A DNA stretch of 63,996 nucleotides, the filler included, from Elsinoe ampelina (taxonomy: Eukaryota): the NCBI GenBank assembly GCA_010093995.1. It is 4 parts of 4 records of this genome, joined end to end, with 100 filler letters (N's around TTAATTAATTAA, not from the genome) between each part and the next. Parts side by side here need not be neighbours in the genome. Positions count along the whole stretch, not along the records: positions 27,954 to 55,781 come from ML992558.1; positions 55,882 to 62,561 come from ML992583.1; 2 more parts are not named here. One strand, written 5' to 3'. A model generated the notes under the pieces. It was not told the origin of the DNA, made no database searches, and saw only the letters and a program-made list of their open reading frames with translations. Within the stretch, counting starts at the first letter, position 1; each line of letters starts with the position of its first letter. This document shows, piece by piece, positions 49,672 through 61,290 of the stretch. The translations under genes and the position numbers were made by a program.

Positions 49672-50808
49672 CTACCACTTCTTCCACCCATGAGCCAGCT
49701 GCTTTCCAGCCCTGGTCTTCACAAACGCCTGATTATCCAGCTCCGTCTGCGTCCAATCCTCCATGTTCCTCGCCAGGAGCCCCCTCTCATAGACGGTATT
49801 GTCGCATTCACACCTTCCCCACCTGTCCTGGATCGGACTATCCTTCTCTCCCTCCTTGACCTTCTCACACTCCTCGCAACGATTGAGCAGAAACTTTGCC
49901 CCAATCCTCTCACGATTGGCATGGGAGACTCCAGCCTCGTGAACCTCCGCCATGATACTGCTCATGAAGTTCCTCGCGCCAGTACTCTGCTCCGAGTTCC
50001 CCACGTTCGCAAGACACAGTTTCACACCCTCGTTCCTGGCCACGTACTTGATCACATCGTCGCAGCTGGTCATGTAGTCGACGCCGTGGGCCCAGTCGTC
50101 GATCGTGATGCGCTTGACCTGGAACATGTGCTCTGGCGTCCTGCAGATGAAGTCCCACGCGTCGTCGGCGTTGGCGAAGCGGAACGTGTTGTTCCCGATG
50201 AAGATTGGCCCGGCGATGCGGCGGAGTCTCCAGTTGATCCCGAGCCACTCGGTCACGGGAAGGTCGGGGGCGGGGCGGACAGGGCGGACGCGGCGGCCGT
50301 TGACGGGGCCGGGGCGGGTGATGACCACGTCGGCGTTGTCGCGCTTGAGAGCGAGGGTGAGGATATGGTTCCAGATTTCGGCGGGAAGCTGGGGGTGAGC
50401 CTTGGAGGGGTCGGCGGGGACGACGGTGAACTTGAGTCTGCGTCCACTCCTGTTGGCGCTGCCGTTGTATTCGGTGGTGATAACGGTGCTTCCTGCTGGG
50501 GTTTCCGCATTGGCACGAGCGCTGGTGATTGTGGTACTCTGCCTCGACTTAGCCTCGTCCCTGAGGTTTGAGGAAGGGCTTACCGTATGGGTGGCGCCAT
50601 TCACATCGCGCTGTTGTTCGGCGACCGCATGGTCGAGTCGAGTGTTAACGCTCGTCGCACCAGCGAGGTTCTTGAGGGTGGTGGTTGCTGTCTTTGTCGT
50701 CTTTGTCTTCTTTGTGACTCCACCTTTCACAGCGGTGGAAGTGCGACTGGCCGCATTCTTTATCTCTCTGACACGCTTGGATGGATTGATCTTGCGTGGC
50801 GGAGACAT
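49672..50808 (-). CDS. F-box-like/Cys-knuckle family member 7 (intronless)
   Basis: Basic N-terminus (GGVTKKTKT); QLPAEIWNHILTLAL; IFIGNNTFRF; CEEC...CEC. Confidence 0.8.
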   Translation of the reverse strand: MSPPRKINPSKRVREIKNAASRTSTAVKGGVTKKTKTTKTATTTLKNLAGATSVNTRLDHAVAEQQRDVNGATHTVSPSSNLRDEAKSRQSTTITSARANAETPAGSTVITTEYNGSANRSGRRLKFTVVPADPSKAHPQLPAEIWNHILTLALKRDNADVVITRPGPVNGRRVRPVRPAPDLPVTEWLGINWRLRRIAGPIFIGNNTFRFANADDAWDFICRTPEHMFQVKRITIDDWAHGVDYMTSCDDVIKYVARNEGVKLCLANVGNSEQSTGARNFMSSIMAEVHEAGVSHANRERIGAKFLLNRCEECEKVKEGEKDSPIQDRWGRCECDNTVYERGLLARNMEDWTQTELDNQAFVKTRAGKQLAHGWKKW

Positions 50809-51946
50809 GGTGGTCTTCTTGAAGCTGTTGAAACAACTCGATAAGAAGAACACTCTAGTTGTGGATGGAGTGATGGTAAGAAGGTGACAAAGGAACAAGA
50901 GATGTGCATATGTAAGTCTCTTACACGTGACGAGACCTCACTTTGATGGATGACTAAGGGTCGTCACTTTCATGAAGCATGTGACAGTGCGTGTATGCTC
51001 ACTGTGAAAAGCATCATTCAAGCTGCCCGCAGTCGCCTTGTAGCCTTCAAGTATGCACGCATTCCAGCGTCTCTATCAGGTATCCCCTGGCTATGGACGA
51101 TGACACGACGCCATCTCGGTTCGTACTATATCCCATCGCCAAGGCCCTGCGGAACTCTCCTTCCCAAGTTCTACCAGGAGACGTGATGTCACGTCTTCGG
51201 TCTTGCTCCACGCATAGACCCTTTTGTCATTTGGCAATATATGATAGCGGTACTCTCCATATGAAGTACTGTTGCAGGCGGAAGTTGTCCTGCGATTGCA
51301 TGTGGCGGTCGAACATGCGCTCGCGAATGGAAAGGCGATGATGTGAGACCGTGTAAGAAGTAGTTCACTCTGATTTGGCAGGCATATCGTGTGGCCATAC
51401 ATGAGAATGGCTTCACTTGTACTTCATAACGTTTAATGTTGTGATCGAGACTCGGATGTCATGTGATCTCAATAGATAGTGATCTTAATCTCGGACAGGA
51501 GTACTTCACTCTGGGTTGACGTTCCTCGGCACCTATGTATCGGGCTCGTCCGACAGGGCATCTTGTGAGATCCTTGGGCCAACCCTCGACTGTAAAGAAT
51601 TCACCACGATTTCAGATATTCGCCAATGAGATTGTACAGACCTTGTCTTCAACATGTGATGAGCATACATCCAAGGACCCGAGTAGAAAGTATGAGACTC
51701 GGGCCTGCAAGACAGGTCCGTTTCGAGTAGATCCGCGACTTGCTAGAAGTCCTTGGCCCTCATTGGCGGAGAGCATATCGGACTCTGCATCTCGGAACCG
51801 GGCGATGACACACCTCGCTTGCAGAATGCCTTTACCACGTGCAACTGGCAGCAGAGCAGACACGGTAGCACATGCTTACGAGGATGGGACAAGGAATGGA
51901 TCGTTCTCACGGGATCGACGAGGCAAGACTTGTAGAAGCTGGCGCG

Positions 51947-52565
51947 GCCAGGAGCAAAGGCAATGTGTGTCGGGACGGTAGCCTTTGCTTGGTGCTTGGT
52001 GATCTTGGGTGCAAGCCAAGGAGGTCCTGACGGGCCGAGGTGTTCGTCGCCAGCTGCCGTGCCGTCTAGCGATTACATTGCTACATCCATACCGTCAAAT
52101 TGGGGATGTGCAAGATGATAGAACCATTTTCATGCTTTTAACGACGCTGAACAGAGAAGTCTGAGGTGAAGCACGAAAAGTAGAGGGGGCGGAACGCCAA
52201 GGTCAAGAGGACTCGGCGGAAGAAGATCTTTTTCGTCAAAGTCAGTGGGAGATTGTCTCCTTCGACTTTTTCATCAACCACGTGCGAAGCTGCATCGAAC
52301 CTATTGCTCGCTCGCCTCCCTCTGACCAGTAGGAAGCCGTGTCTGATACTAATCTCAAATACCAAGCGACGGCACCGCTCAGCTCCAGCGGAACCCATCG
52401 GAGGCGAGTGTGGTGCAGAAAATTCAAAGAGCCGCATGTGAAGCTGAAAGAGAGCACACGTGTACACGACATGGGCCCTGGTTCGTCGATGAAACCTCCG
52501 CCGGAATGGTCAAGCACACCGCCGTCTCCACCCCTGGCACTCTTCCCGCTCCGCCAAGTCTTGGC
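51947..52565. promoter_or_regulatory. PHO89 upstream region with CACGTG (Pho4/NUC-1 type) and GCCARG (PacC type) motifs
   Basis: CACGTG at 52279 and 52457; GCCARG at 51947, 52015, 52196, 52553 and on the reverse strand at 52533, 52560. Confidence 0.5.
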
Positions 52566-52826
52566 CTCTGAGCATTACGCCATCATCCAATGATGTCTTC
52601 TATCTACTGTGATTCAAGCATCCAACGAGGACCATACGCTTGGAGTTAAGACCATTGCCGAGCACACGACTCCTGTTGATCTGGCATCGGATGGCGAGTG
52701 GTGAAAAGTGAAGATAACTCGGACGGCATATATTGTAAGTGGCAGAGCGCTCTTCTACTCAGACAATCACCCCATTCTCTTTCCTCTCGTCTCTCACAGA
52801 GTGTGATACTTCGACAACTAGCAGAC

Positions 52827-54613
52827 ATGGCTGCTCTTCCACAATACTCGTACATCTTCGGGATTGGCATGGTGTTTGCCTTCCTTGATGCATGGAACAT
52901 TGGTGCCAACGATGTTGCCAACGCCTTTGCGACCTCGGTCTCTTCGAGATCTTTGACCCTGCCTCAGGCCATGGGCATTGCTGTGGTCATGGAGTTTGCC
53001 GGAGCTGTCCTTGCAGGGTAATATGACACACACGCACCGCCATGTTCAGACGCTGATAGTACAGGTCCCGCGTTGCTGGAACTATCCGTAACGACATTAT
53101 CGCGGTCGAGGCATTCCAGGACTCTCCAAGTGTTCTCATGTTGGGCATGCTCTGCGCCCTGGTCGGTTCCTCCCTCTTCCTCACGCTGGCTACCAAGATC
53201 GGTCTCCCCGTATCGACAACACACTGCATCATTGGTGGTATCATTGGTGTTGGGTTTGCCACAGTCGGAGCACAAGGTGTCGACTGGTCCTGGGAGGGTG
53301 TATCGCAGGTCTTTGCTGCCTGGGGTATCGCTCCTTGCGTCGCGGCTGGCTTCGGTGCTCTGCTCTTCCTATTCACTAAATACGGTGTTCTGCGAGCAAA
53401 GAATCCACTCCGGGCTGGCATGATCACTGTTCCTTTCTACTTCGGCCTCACCAGTGGTATCCTCACCATGCTGGTCGTCTGGAAGGGTGCTGCCTCTCTC
53501 GATCTCGATGAATGGGGAACAGCTCCCACTGTCGGCACCATCTTCGGTGTCGCTGGTGGTGTTGGCCTCCTGTCCATCATCTTCCTCCTTCCCTACATCC
53601 ACGTCCTCCTCGTCAAGGAAGACTGGACTCTCAAGAAGTGGGAGATCATCAAGGGCCCTCTTCTCCTCCGCCGCCCTCCTCCACCACCCATGCCTGAAGA
53701 CACTCTGCTCGTACCAGACTACTACCAGGGCCACAAGACCCGTGAAGAGCTCGAGGCCAGCACCGCCAAAGACACCTCTACCGGCGCCACCAGCGACGAG
53801 GACTCCGTCAAGCACAGCACCACCGACCCAACCGACGAGAAGACCCCCAAAGCCGTCCTCAAGCCCGCCCTCCCCAAAACTCCAGTCGGCAAAGCCATCA
53901 CCCGCCCCCGAGGCTCCTGGCTCTCCCCCATGCACTGGCTCCGCACGCTCAACTGGGCCTTCTGGCGGGGCGTCTCGGTCGACGTCGTAAACCAACAATC
54001 CAGCACCAACGAAGTCAAATGGATCCAACGCTTCCTCGTCGGCAAGAACCTCGCGGACAAGCACGCCCGCGTCAAGCACTACGACCCCAAAGTCGAGCAC
54101 TTGTTCTCTTTCCTGCAGGTCCTCACCGCCGCCACCGCGGCCTTCACCCACGGCGCCAACGACGTCGCCAACGCCATGGGCCCCATGGCGGCCATCTACT
54201 CCATCTGGCAATCTGGCGTCGTGTCCGAGGACTCGGATGTCCCCATTTGGGTGCTCGTGTACGGTGGCGCGGCGATCTCCATCGGGTGCTGGACGTATGG
54301 GTATAACCTCATTCGCAACTTGGGGAATCGTATCACGCTGCACTCGCCCTGCCGTGGTTTCTGTATGGAGTTGGGCGCCGCGTTGACGGTGGTTATGGCG
54401 ACGCGGTTGGCGTTGCCGGTGTCGACGACGCAGTGTATCATTGGGGCGACGGTCGGGGTGGGGCTTTGTGCTGGTGATCTCAAGGCGATTAATTGGAGGA
54501 TGGTGGCGTGGTCGTATTCGGGGTGGTTTATTACGTTGCCGTGTACGGCCGTAGTCGCGGGTTGCTTGATGGCGTTCGTTATCAATGCGCCGCAGTTTGG
54601 CAATGCTTTGTAG
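52827..54613 (+). CDS. PHO89: Na+/phosphate symporter, PiT/PHO4 family; intron 53018-53064
   Basis: Two GANDVANA signatures and PVSTTH/PVSTTQ motifs; multiple transmembrane segments. Confidence 0.95.
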
Positions 54614-54732
54614 AGGGGTGTACGTCCAGGGGAAAGGGGAGGTGTTTGTGACGTTGTTATGGTGGACTGCTTGATAGATCACGTGTCTTCTTATCCCTCA
54701 CGTCTCGCACGTCGTGTCCATTTTCTGAAGTC

Positions 54733-55253
54733 ATGCCGGTCAGCCACTCCCCCCCCCTTCGTCCCCCAGCCCACGCGCCGACTCCATCCCTCGCACCTCC
54801 CCCAACGACATCCCCCACCGCAACGCCACCACTCCAGCCGCCCAAGACCCCTCCCCCGAGCCAATCCACATCGCCAACGACCCGCCCCGCTCACCCCCCA
54901 CCTCCCCCACCTCCCCCAACGGCACCCCCGGATATTCCCACCAAGACCTCCTCGACCTCATCCAACTCCTCCAAGAGGACAACGCTCTGCTCGTCCAAAT
55001 CCGCCTAGAGGACAACGCTCCGCACCAGACCCGCCTCCGCAACTACCATCACGCCATGGGTGCACTACACGCACGTCGCGACGGCTTGCGGGAGGCGAAC
55101 AGAGCGTTGGAGAGGTCCAACGAGGCGTTGCTCGCTTTGAACAGGGATGTGTTCGGGCAGCTGGAGAGGGTCGTTTTGAGGCTGGAGGAGAAGAACCCGG
55201 AGGCGATGGTTGGGAGGGAGGGTGTTGGGTGGGTTGTGGGAGGGTATGCGTAG
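54733..55253 (+). CDS. Small Pro-rich/coiled-coil hypothetical protein with apparent frameshift in the C9 tract 54749-54757
   Basis: ATG 54733 is out of frame with an open coding-like frame (SPRADSIP...QDLLDLIQLLQEDN...LREANRALERSNEALL) ending at 55253; one extra C restores it. Confidence 0.4.
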
Positions 55254-55742
55254 TTGAGAAGGGAGGGGGATGGGGGAGGGGATGGGAGGTCTCGATGATG
55301 GCGTGGTGGGCTGGTAGTACTTTTCGTGGGATGGCGGCTGTGTTGCGGAGCAAGGTGCGGCAGGGATCGGTCGCGGCGTGGCGAGCTGGTAGTACTTCTT
55401 CGGTGGAACTCAGAACGGGAGCTTGGTACTCCGGTAAGAGTGTCGGCCGGTGCTGAAGTTGCTGAGCGTCTTCAAAGGCGCTTCTGGTAGTACTCAGGGT
55501 TTCCTGGTTGTACAATTTCGACAGCAGATTCGACAGATGGACTGGAAGAGCTCACTCTTCTCAAAAACAGCATAATTATAGCGAGCATACTATGCAATAC
55601 CTGTAACAAAGATCAACCAAAAGCTTCAAAGTCACTACCATCTTCTTCATGTGAAAGTATGTGATACAGTCGTTCGTCATTCATAAGTCATCGCTATTTA
55701 CACACATCATATCGTATCACTCTGTACATCGTCCCGTATCCG

Positions 55743-55781
55743 CCCTCTACCTCCCCTCTACCTCCCCTCTACCTCCCCTCT
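55743..55781. repeat. 11-bp tandem repeat (CCCTCTACCTC) running into the gap
   Basis: About 3.5 units read directly. Confidence 0.85.
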
Positions 55782-55881
55782 NNNNNNNNNNNNNNNNNNN
55801 NNNNNNNNNNNNNNNNNNNNNNNNNTTAATTAATTAANNNNNNNNNNNNNNNNNNNNNNNNNNNNNNNNNNNNNNNNNNNN
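55782..55881. other. Artificial contig linker
   Basis: N-run/TTAATTAATTAA/N-run. Confidence 0.97.
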
Positions 55882-56278
55882 TAGTTAGATACTTATATCT
55901 CTTTAATTAAGACTTATAAGCTAGTCTATTTACATAAACAATAGCTGCCTAGCTATTGTTAATAGTTACTATTGTTACTAGCAATTATAAGCCAAACTAA
56001 TAGTAAATTCTTACTAATGATTAGCTAACACTAACAATTATAAGCAATTATAAAGAGATAAAGTGATAAGCTAATTACTTTACTTACATATAACAGGACA
56101 GTTCTCTAGCTTTAGTAATCTATACTAGAGGGGGAGTGTTATAATAGAAGGCTAGTATAGCTTCTCTAGTACTAAAGAACTAGTACTGATAAGTCAGCGC
56201 ACGCACAGTAGATAAATCGGTTATTGTAACTCTCTGAATGAAACACACGTCTCTCGATCCGATTTGCTAGTTACAACA
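55882..56278 (+). mobile_element. Second copy of the LTR-retrotransposon 3' end (LTR 56137-56278)
   Basis: 55936-56278 is colinear with 1-343 and differs only by C/T and G/A transitions. Confidence 0.87.
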
Positions 56279-56933
56279 GATACAGTTGCCGAAATTTTCC
56301 CGGATTGCAGTGTTGCTTAAGAGACGTCCCTAGGTCATATCAAAGTGGGGCAGCGATGAGCTCAGAATAACTCAGGACAGACAAGGTCTCTTATCAAGAG
56401 CTCGCCTTTCGTGGCGTCTTGACTCTCTTTTTGACGACGACGAGATGGCAATCATTATTTCGATCCCTGAACCAAGAAAGGTGAAGATGAAAGATTCCTG
56501 CGAAAGTGGATCATTTCTAGATTTTAATCTACTCTACCACGGCTCCTTCCCAATGAGGGAACCATGTCATCACCTGCGGCTCTGCCACGACAACGATCCT
56601 CATCGGACCCTATTCTCTCAACAATCTCCCCGCACGAGCACAGAGTCGGTATCCTCTCGACCTACCGCTTTGATGATAGCTCCAACCCAGATATCAATCT
56701 TGTCCGCTGGGTCGACCATTCCAAGATGGAAGCCCCATCTGATAGGACGCGATACGGCCAAGATGGCGATTGACGTCTTTGTTGCTGGTCGGGGTGATTT
56801 GGAGCGACCGATAGACTGGAGATTTGGTTGTGGGTAACAATAAGAGTGAGTGATCTGCCCGTGATTCCAAGGAGCAGGTCGCTGCGATTGAGTAGGTACT
56901 ATTCTCACGAGTCCATTTCGCAGCTCCAGCACC

Positions 56934-59441
56934 ATGTACGCTCGTACTATCTTGATAGCTGGCTTTGCCAGTCTAGCAGCAGCAGCTCCACAGGTTAATC
57001 TTTCCAGAGTCGGCATAACAGCTGCTAGGTACGTCGTGACCTTCACCGCGACACTCTTATGCGTCGCTGATTGGAATTCAGTGTCTACGTCCCACCCATG
57101 CCGACAATCCAGACCTTCTACCGCGGGAACGGAGGCGTGACTATTACTCCCAACCCCTCCCCCACGGGCTCACCAACGACCGATGCATGCGCAAAGGTGG
57201 CCGAGTTTTCTGCTTCCTTTGTGGCTGCGAGTCCTTCTGCTGCGCCCTCAGTGCCGGCCAAGGTCGGATTCGAATGTCTGAATTCCATCCCATTCAATCA
57301 GACCGCTGCAGAGGACTTGGTTGATTCTCTGCTCCCATACATTGACTGGCAAACAACTTCTTCGTATCTCGGTCAGCCTCCCGAGGAGGTGAGTCTAGCT
57401 TCGTGAAGAGGCTGGCGCAATTGTTGCTCACGTTCTGCAGTATGCCGAGAAGGTTCAAGCGCCATATGACTTCTTGCAAACCCTCGCTGAGATTCGCGCA
57501 AACGTATCGGCCGGATACTACAAGAGCGAATATGAGTTCGGCTGGACGCTCTACAGACTCTTCCAGCTTTCTCACGATGGTCACTTGGTGTATTTCCCGG
57601 ACACAGTCAACGGACTGATCAGCTTCGGCCGAACCACACCGCTGGTCTCCGTCTCACCAGACGGCAAGAGCGCTCCTCGCCCCTACCTGTATGCTGATGT
57701 GCTTGCTTCGCAACTCGGCAACGGCTCCTTCACCCCATCGGCCATTGTAGAAATCGATGGTGTCGAGGCCACTGACTACTTGGAGGTCTGGTCACAATTC
57801 GGCTCGTTGCAGGATCCAGATGCGTTGTACAACAACTTGTTCTACAACCCTGCTCAGATCGCTCTGGGATCATCAGGTACTGGAACCGGCACATTCTCAG
57901 GCGGTGGACGTGGTCGCTGGCCATACCCAGGTCCCACCACTACACTCACTTTCGAGAACGGCACAGTCCTCGAGACCGAGAACTACGCTCGTCTCCTGGT
58001 CTCCTTTGCCGGAATCCGCAATGGCGCTGATATTTACAATACCTACTTGTCCGTCCCACCTGAGGCATTTGATCGTGTCTTTGAGCTGGCACTTTCTGAT
58101 GCCGCAAGCGCGACCACCACTCTTGCCGGCAACAGCACTACCTCGGCCACACCTACCGCCACATCTGCCCCAGCGCCTACTGTCCCAGCTCCTGGCTACC
58201 CATCCCCAGTGGTTCGTCAACCTCTGAATTTCAACTCTGGCTACTTCCTCGAAGGCGAAGGATACGATGATGTCGCCGTCCTCGCTGTGAACTCTTTCGT
58301 TGGTGCTGTCGGTCAGCAAGTCTCCTTCAAGGATGTCAACACTCGCTTCATTGCCGCAGCAAAGGCTGCAGGCAAGAAGAAGTTGATTATTGATGTGTCT
58401 GCCAACGGCGGTGGTACTATCCTCCTCGGCTACGACCTCTTCGCGCAGCTTTTCCCCAACATTCTTCCATACGGCGCCAACCGCTTCCGTTTCCACGAAG
58501 CCTACGATCTGCTTGGTGAGCAAACCTCTGAACTTGCTGGTCCATTCGAGCGCACTCTCGATCAGAATCAGACCGTGCTCGACCTCCTCGGCACCACCTT
58601 CAACTACCGCACCGACGTCGATGTCAACTACGAGAACTTCGAATCCTGGGACGACAAGACCTCTCCACAAGCTCGCGGCCCTCTCGCCGACAACTTCACC
58701 TCCATCATCCGCTGGAACGTCAGCGACATCCTCACTCCCGAGAACTCCGGCGGCATCTATATCACCGGCTACGGCGACGGCTCCACCCCCGGCGAACAAC
58801 CCTTTGCAACCGAAGACATCATCGTCGTCTACGACGGCTACTGCGCCAGCACCTGCACCATCTTCTCGGAATTCATGCGCCGCCAAGCCGGCGTCAAAAC
58901 CATCGCCCTCGGCGGCCGCAGCAATACCGACATGATCCAAGCCGTAGGCGGCGTCAAGGGGACCAACTCCTACCCGTGGACCTTCATCCTCGGCTCTCTC
59001 CTCGAGACCTACGAGAACAGCAATGCTTCTCTCCAAGAAGCGTGGAAGAGCACCGCCATTGCCAACTACAGCCAGCTTCCTCTCTTCCGCGGCATCAACT
59101 ACGTCGTCAACTCCCGCGATGGCTTCAGCAAGGTCGTCGAGCCCGCGACGCCGCTGCAGTTTGTCTACGAGGAGGCGGATTGCAGAATCCTCTACACGCC
59201 CGGTATGGTGGTCGATCAGAGCGAGGTGTGGCGTACTGTGGCGGATAGTGTGTGGAATGGCGACAGCGCTTGTGTCGCTGGTAATGTGGCGGTCAATGGG
59301 ACTGGGTATAGGCGGACGAAGAGGAGTGCGTTTAGGAAGAGGGCGGTCACTGCGAATGTCGATGTCGATGGCATTTGGAGGAGTTTTAGTCTGGAGACGG
59401 AGAATGGGGCGTTGGATGTTGACGGGTATATGTTGCCGTAG
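56934..59441 (+). CDS. Secreted peptidase S41-family (CPAF-like) protein; introns 57029-57081 and 57389-57440
   Basis: Signal peptide; HDGH; KKLIIDVSANGGG; catalytic-type DGYCASTC; QAVGGVKG. Confidence 0.88.
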
Positions 59442-61120
59442 AGTGGGCAGTGGAATGAAATGGGTGAGGAAGTTGGGCATACATTATCACTGTTGCAGGC
59501 CATGCCTGACAACAAACTCGAGGTGCACGCTACATGTGGAGCTCACTTTGACGGTCCACGTTTCTCAACACAGGTAGATGCCTGTGTCCTCCTAGGGCGG
59601 CTGTCCAAAGGGTTCATTGGATGTTCGGATTCTATTTCCTATCCCGCACTCGTTGCTGTGCGCACTGCCTCATGGCCGGGGAGGAGGGGGGGAATTGAGC
59701 AATACCCAGAGATAGGAATCCGATACCGATTGGGCGTCGGATGTGTCCACCCAGACAATCAGCCTATGGTCCCCGACCTCATATGATCATCCCTCTCACT
59801 CATACCATGCTGGTAAGCTTTCGATACTTGTTTCGCTCCCATGGGTTAGAAGCAGTGAGAACGAGGTGAAAACTTTCGTTGTGGCAAAATTTTCACCTCT
59901 GTCAGGGCTGACCTGGCAGTCCTCGATATTTAAGATTGGCCTGAGGACGCCCTAATGGCCGAGGTACAGTCACCTCAAGTTTCTCAGGACCTCAGCAATA
60001 GTCAGATTCCACCCTCGCCCACCAATCATCAGCGATGCAGCCATTCGCTCTCTGCCTGCTCCTAGGCAGTCTCACTGGACTTGCCTCTGCTGGATGCTCT
60101 CTCTGTCCCCTCTATAGGTGAGAGTGATATTCTTTGCCCCCCTCCATGTATAGACGACGCCGAGAACATGGGAGACGGCAGCTCGACGTGCATTTTTCTC
60201 GTATCCGCGCAGACCACAGCATGTCAAGACACTGACGATCGCCAGCGGACGATGCACAGACGCAAAAGGGAAAAATTGCCGAGAAGGAACCGTGAAGTTC
60301 CAATATGTCGCCGCCCAGAATTATTGCTGCCGGGATCCAGGCTATACAACTGTCAAGTGCTGGAGCTCGTGTTCGACTTGACCACACCAAATCCCGAGGA
60401 TAGTTGGTGTCGAGGACTGGGCAATCTTTTCGTACACAACCTAAGACAATCCCACGCATAGAAAGAGCCAGCCCGGTGCGTCAGGCAAACAGACCCAACA
60501 TCATTCCCTCCTTCACAACTCATGAGCCATCGATCATCCGGTGAAGAGTAAAAGTCCTCTGCGCCAGCCTCTACTCCCACCATCTGCACCAGCTCCCAAG
60601 CCGACATCTGCCATGAACCAAGCCCCAACATGTTCCCTAGACGTCAGCCCTTCGTCTACCAAAAGGTGTACCCCAACGTTCACCTCCCCTTCAAAAGCCG
60701 CATACCAGCTCGTCCTCACGACGTCTCCCGATGCTTTCCTTTTCTCGATCTTCTCCCCCCATCCCTCCTCCATCACCCGGTCGTTCACTCCGTCTCACCT
60801 CCACTCATCTACGCCCCCACCCCATTCATCCTTTTCTACACCTCTCCTCCCACCGAGGCAATCGGTTGGGACTCGAGGCTCGTTCCTCCCCCTCTCCCTC
60901 TCCCCCTCTCCCTCTTCCCCTCTCCTCTCATCACTCATCACTCATCACTCCCATCATTGACCTCCCATCATTGTCCTCCCTCTTTTTCTTTTTCTTCTTC
61001 TTCTCATACTCCTCCAACTTGAAGAAAAGAAAACAGAAAGGTAGTGGGGAGGGAAGGGGTAGATATACCGCTTCTCTTCCTCTCCATGACCTGCATGAGA
61101 CAGGAGACGGGACTTTGGGC

Positions 61121-61290
61121 TGGCATAAGTGGGCATAAGTGGGCATGTGGGCGAACGGGAGGGCAGGTGGGCGAACGGGAGGGCACGGGAGGGCATGGGT
61201 GGGCATGGGTGGGCATGTGGGCGAACGGGAGGGTAGGTGGGGGCAGATGGGGGCAGGCGGGGCCAGGTGGGGGCAGGTGGGAACAGGTGG
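61121..61290. repeat. G-rich degenerate minisatellite (GGGCAnnnnn / GGGCGAACGGGA units, ~10-bp period)
   Basis: Repeated GGG tracts read directly. Confidence 0.8.

Noticed and set aside
2278..50808. CDC34, the UIM gene and the F-box array as one ubiquitin gene cluster
   Set aside because: They are separated by ~28 kb and a contig linker, so physical linkage is unproven.
27954..55781. Starship giant transposon cargo
   Set aside because: No DUF3435 tyrosine-recombinase captain or element boundary is visible; cannot be supported from this window.
202..56278. The two LTRs bounding one giant 56-kb element
   Set aside because: Both are 3' LTRs preceded by the PPT and internal sequence, lie on different contigs, and the interval contains housekeeping genes.
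57897..59480. Long antisense ORFs (527 aa here; also 53369-54682, 37497-38546, 49690-50571)
   Set aside because: Shadow frames of GC3-biased genes on the opposite strand, with no independent motifs.
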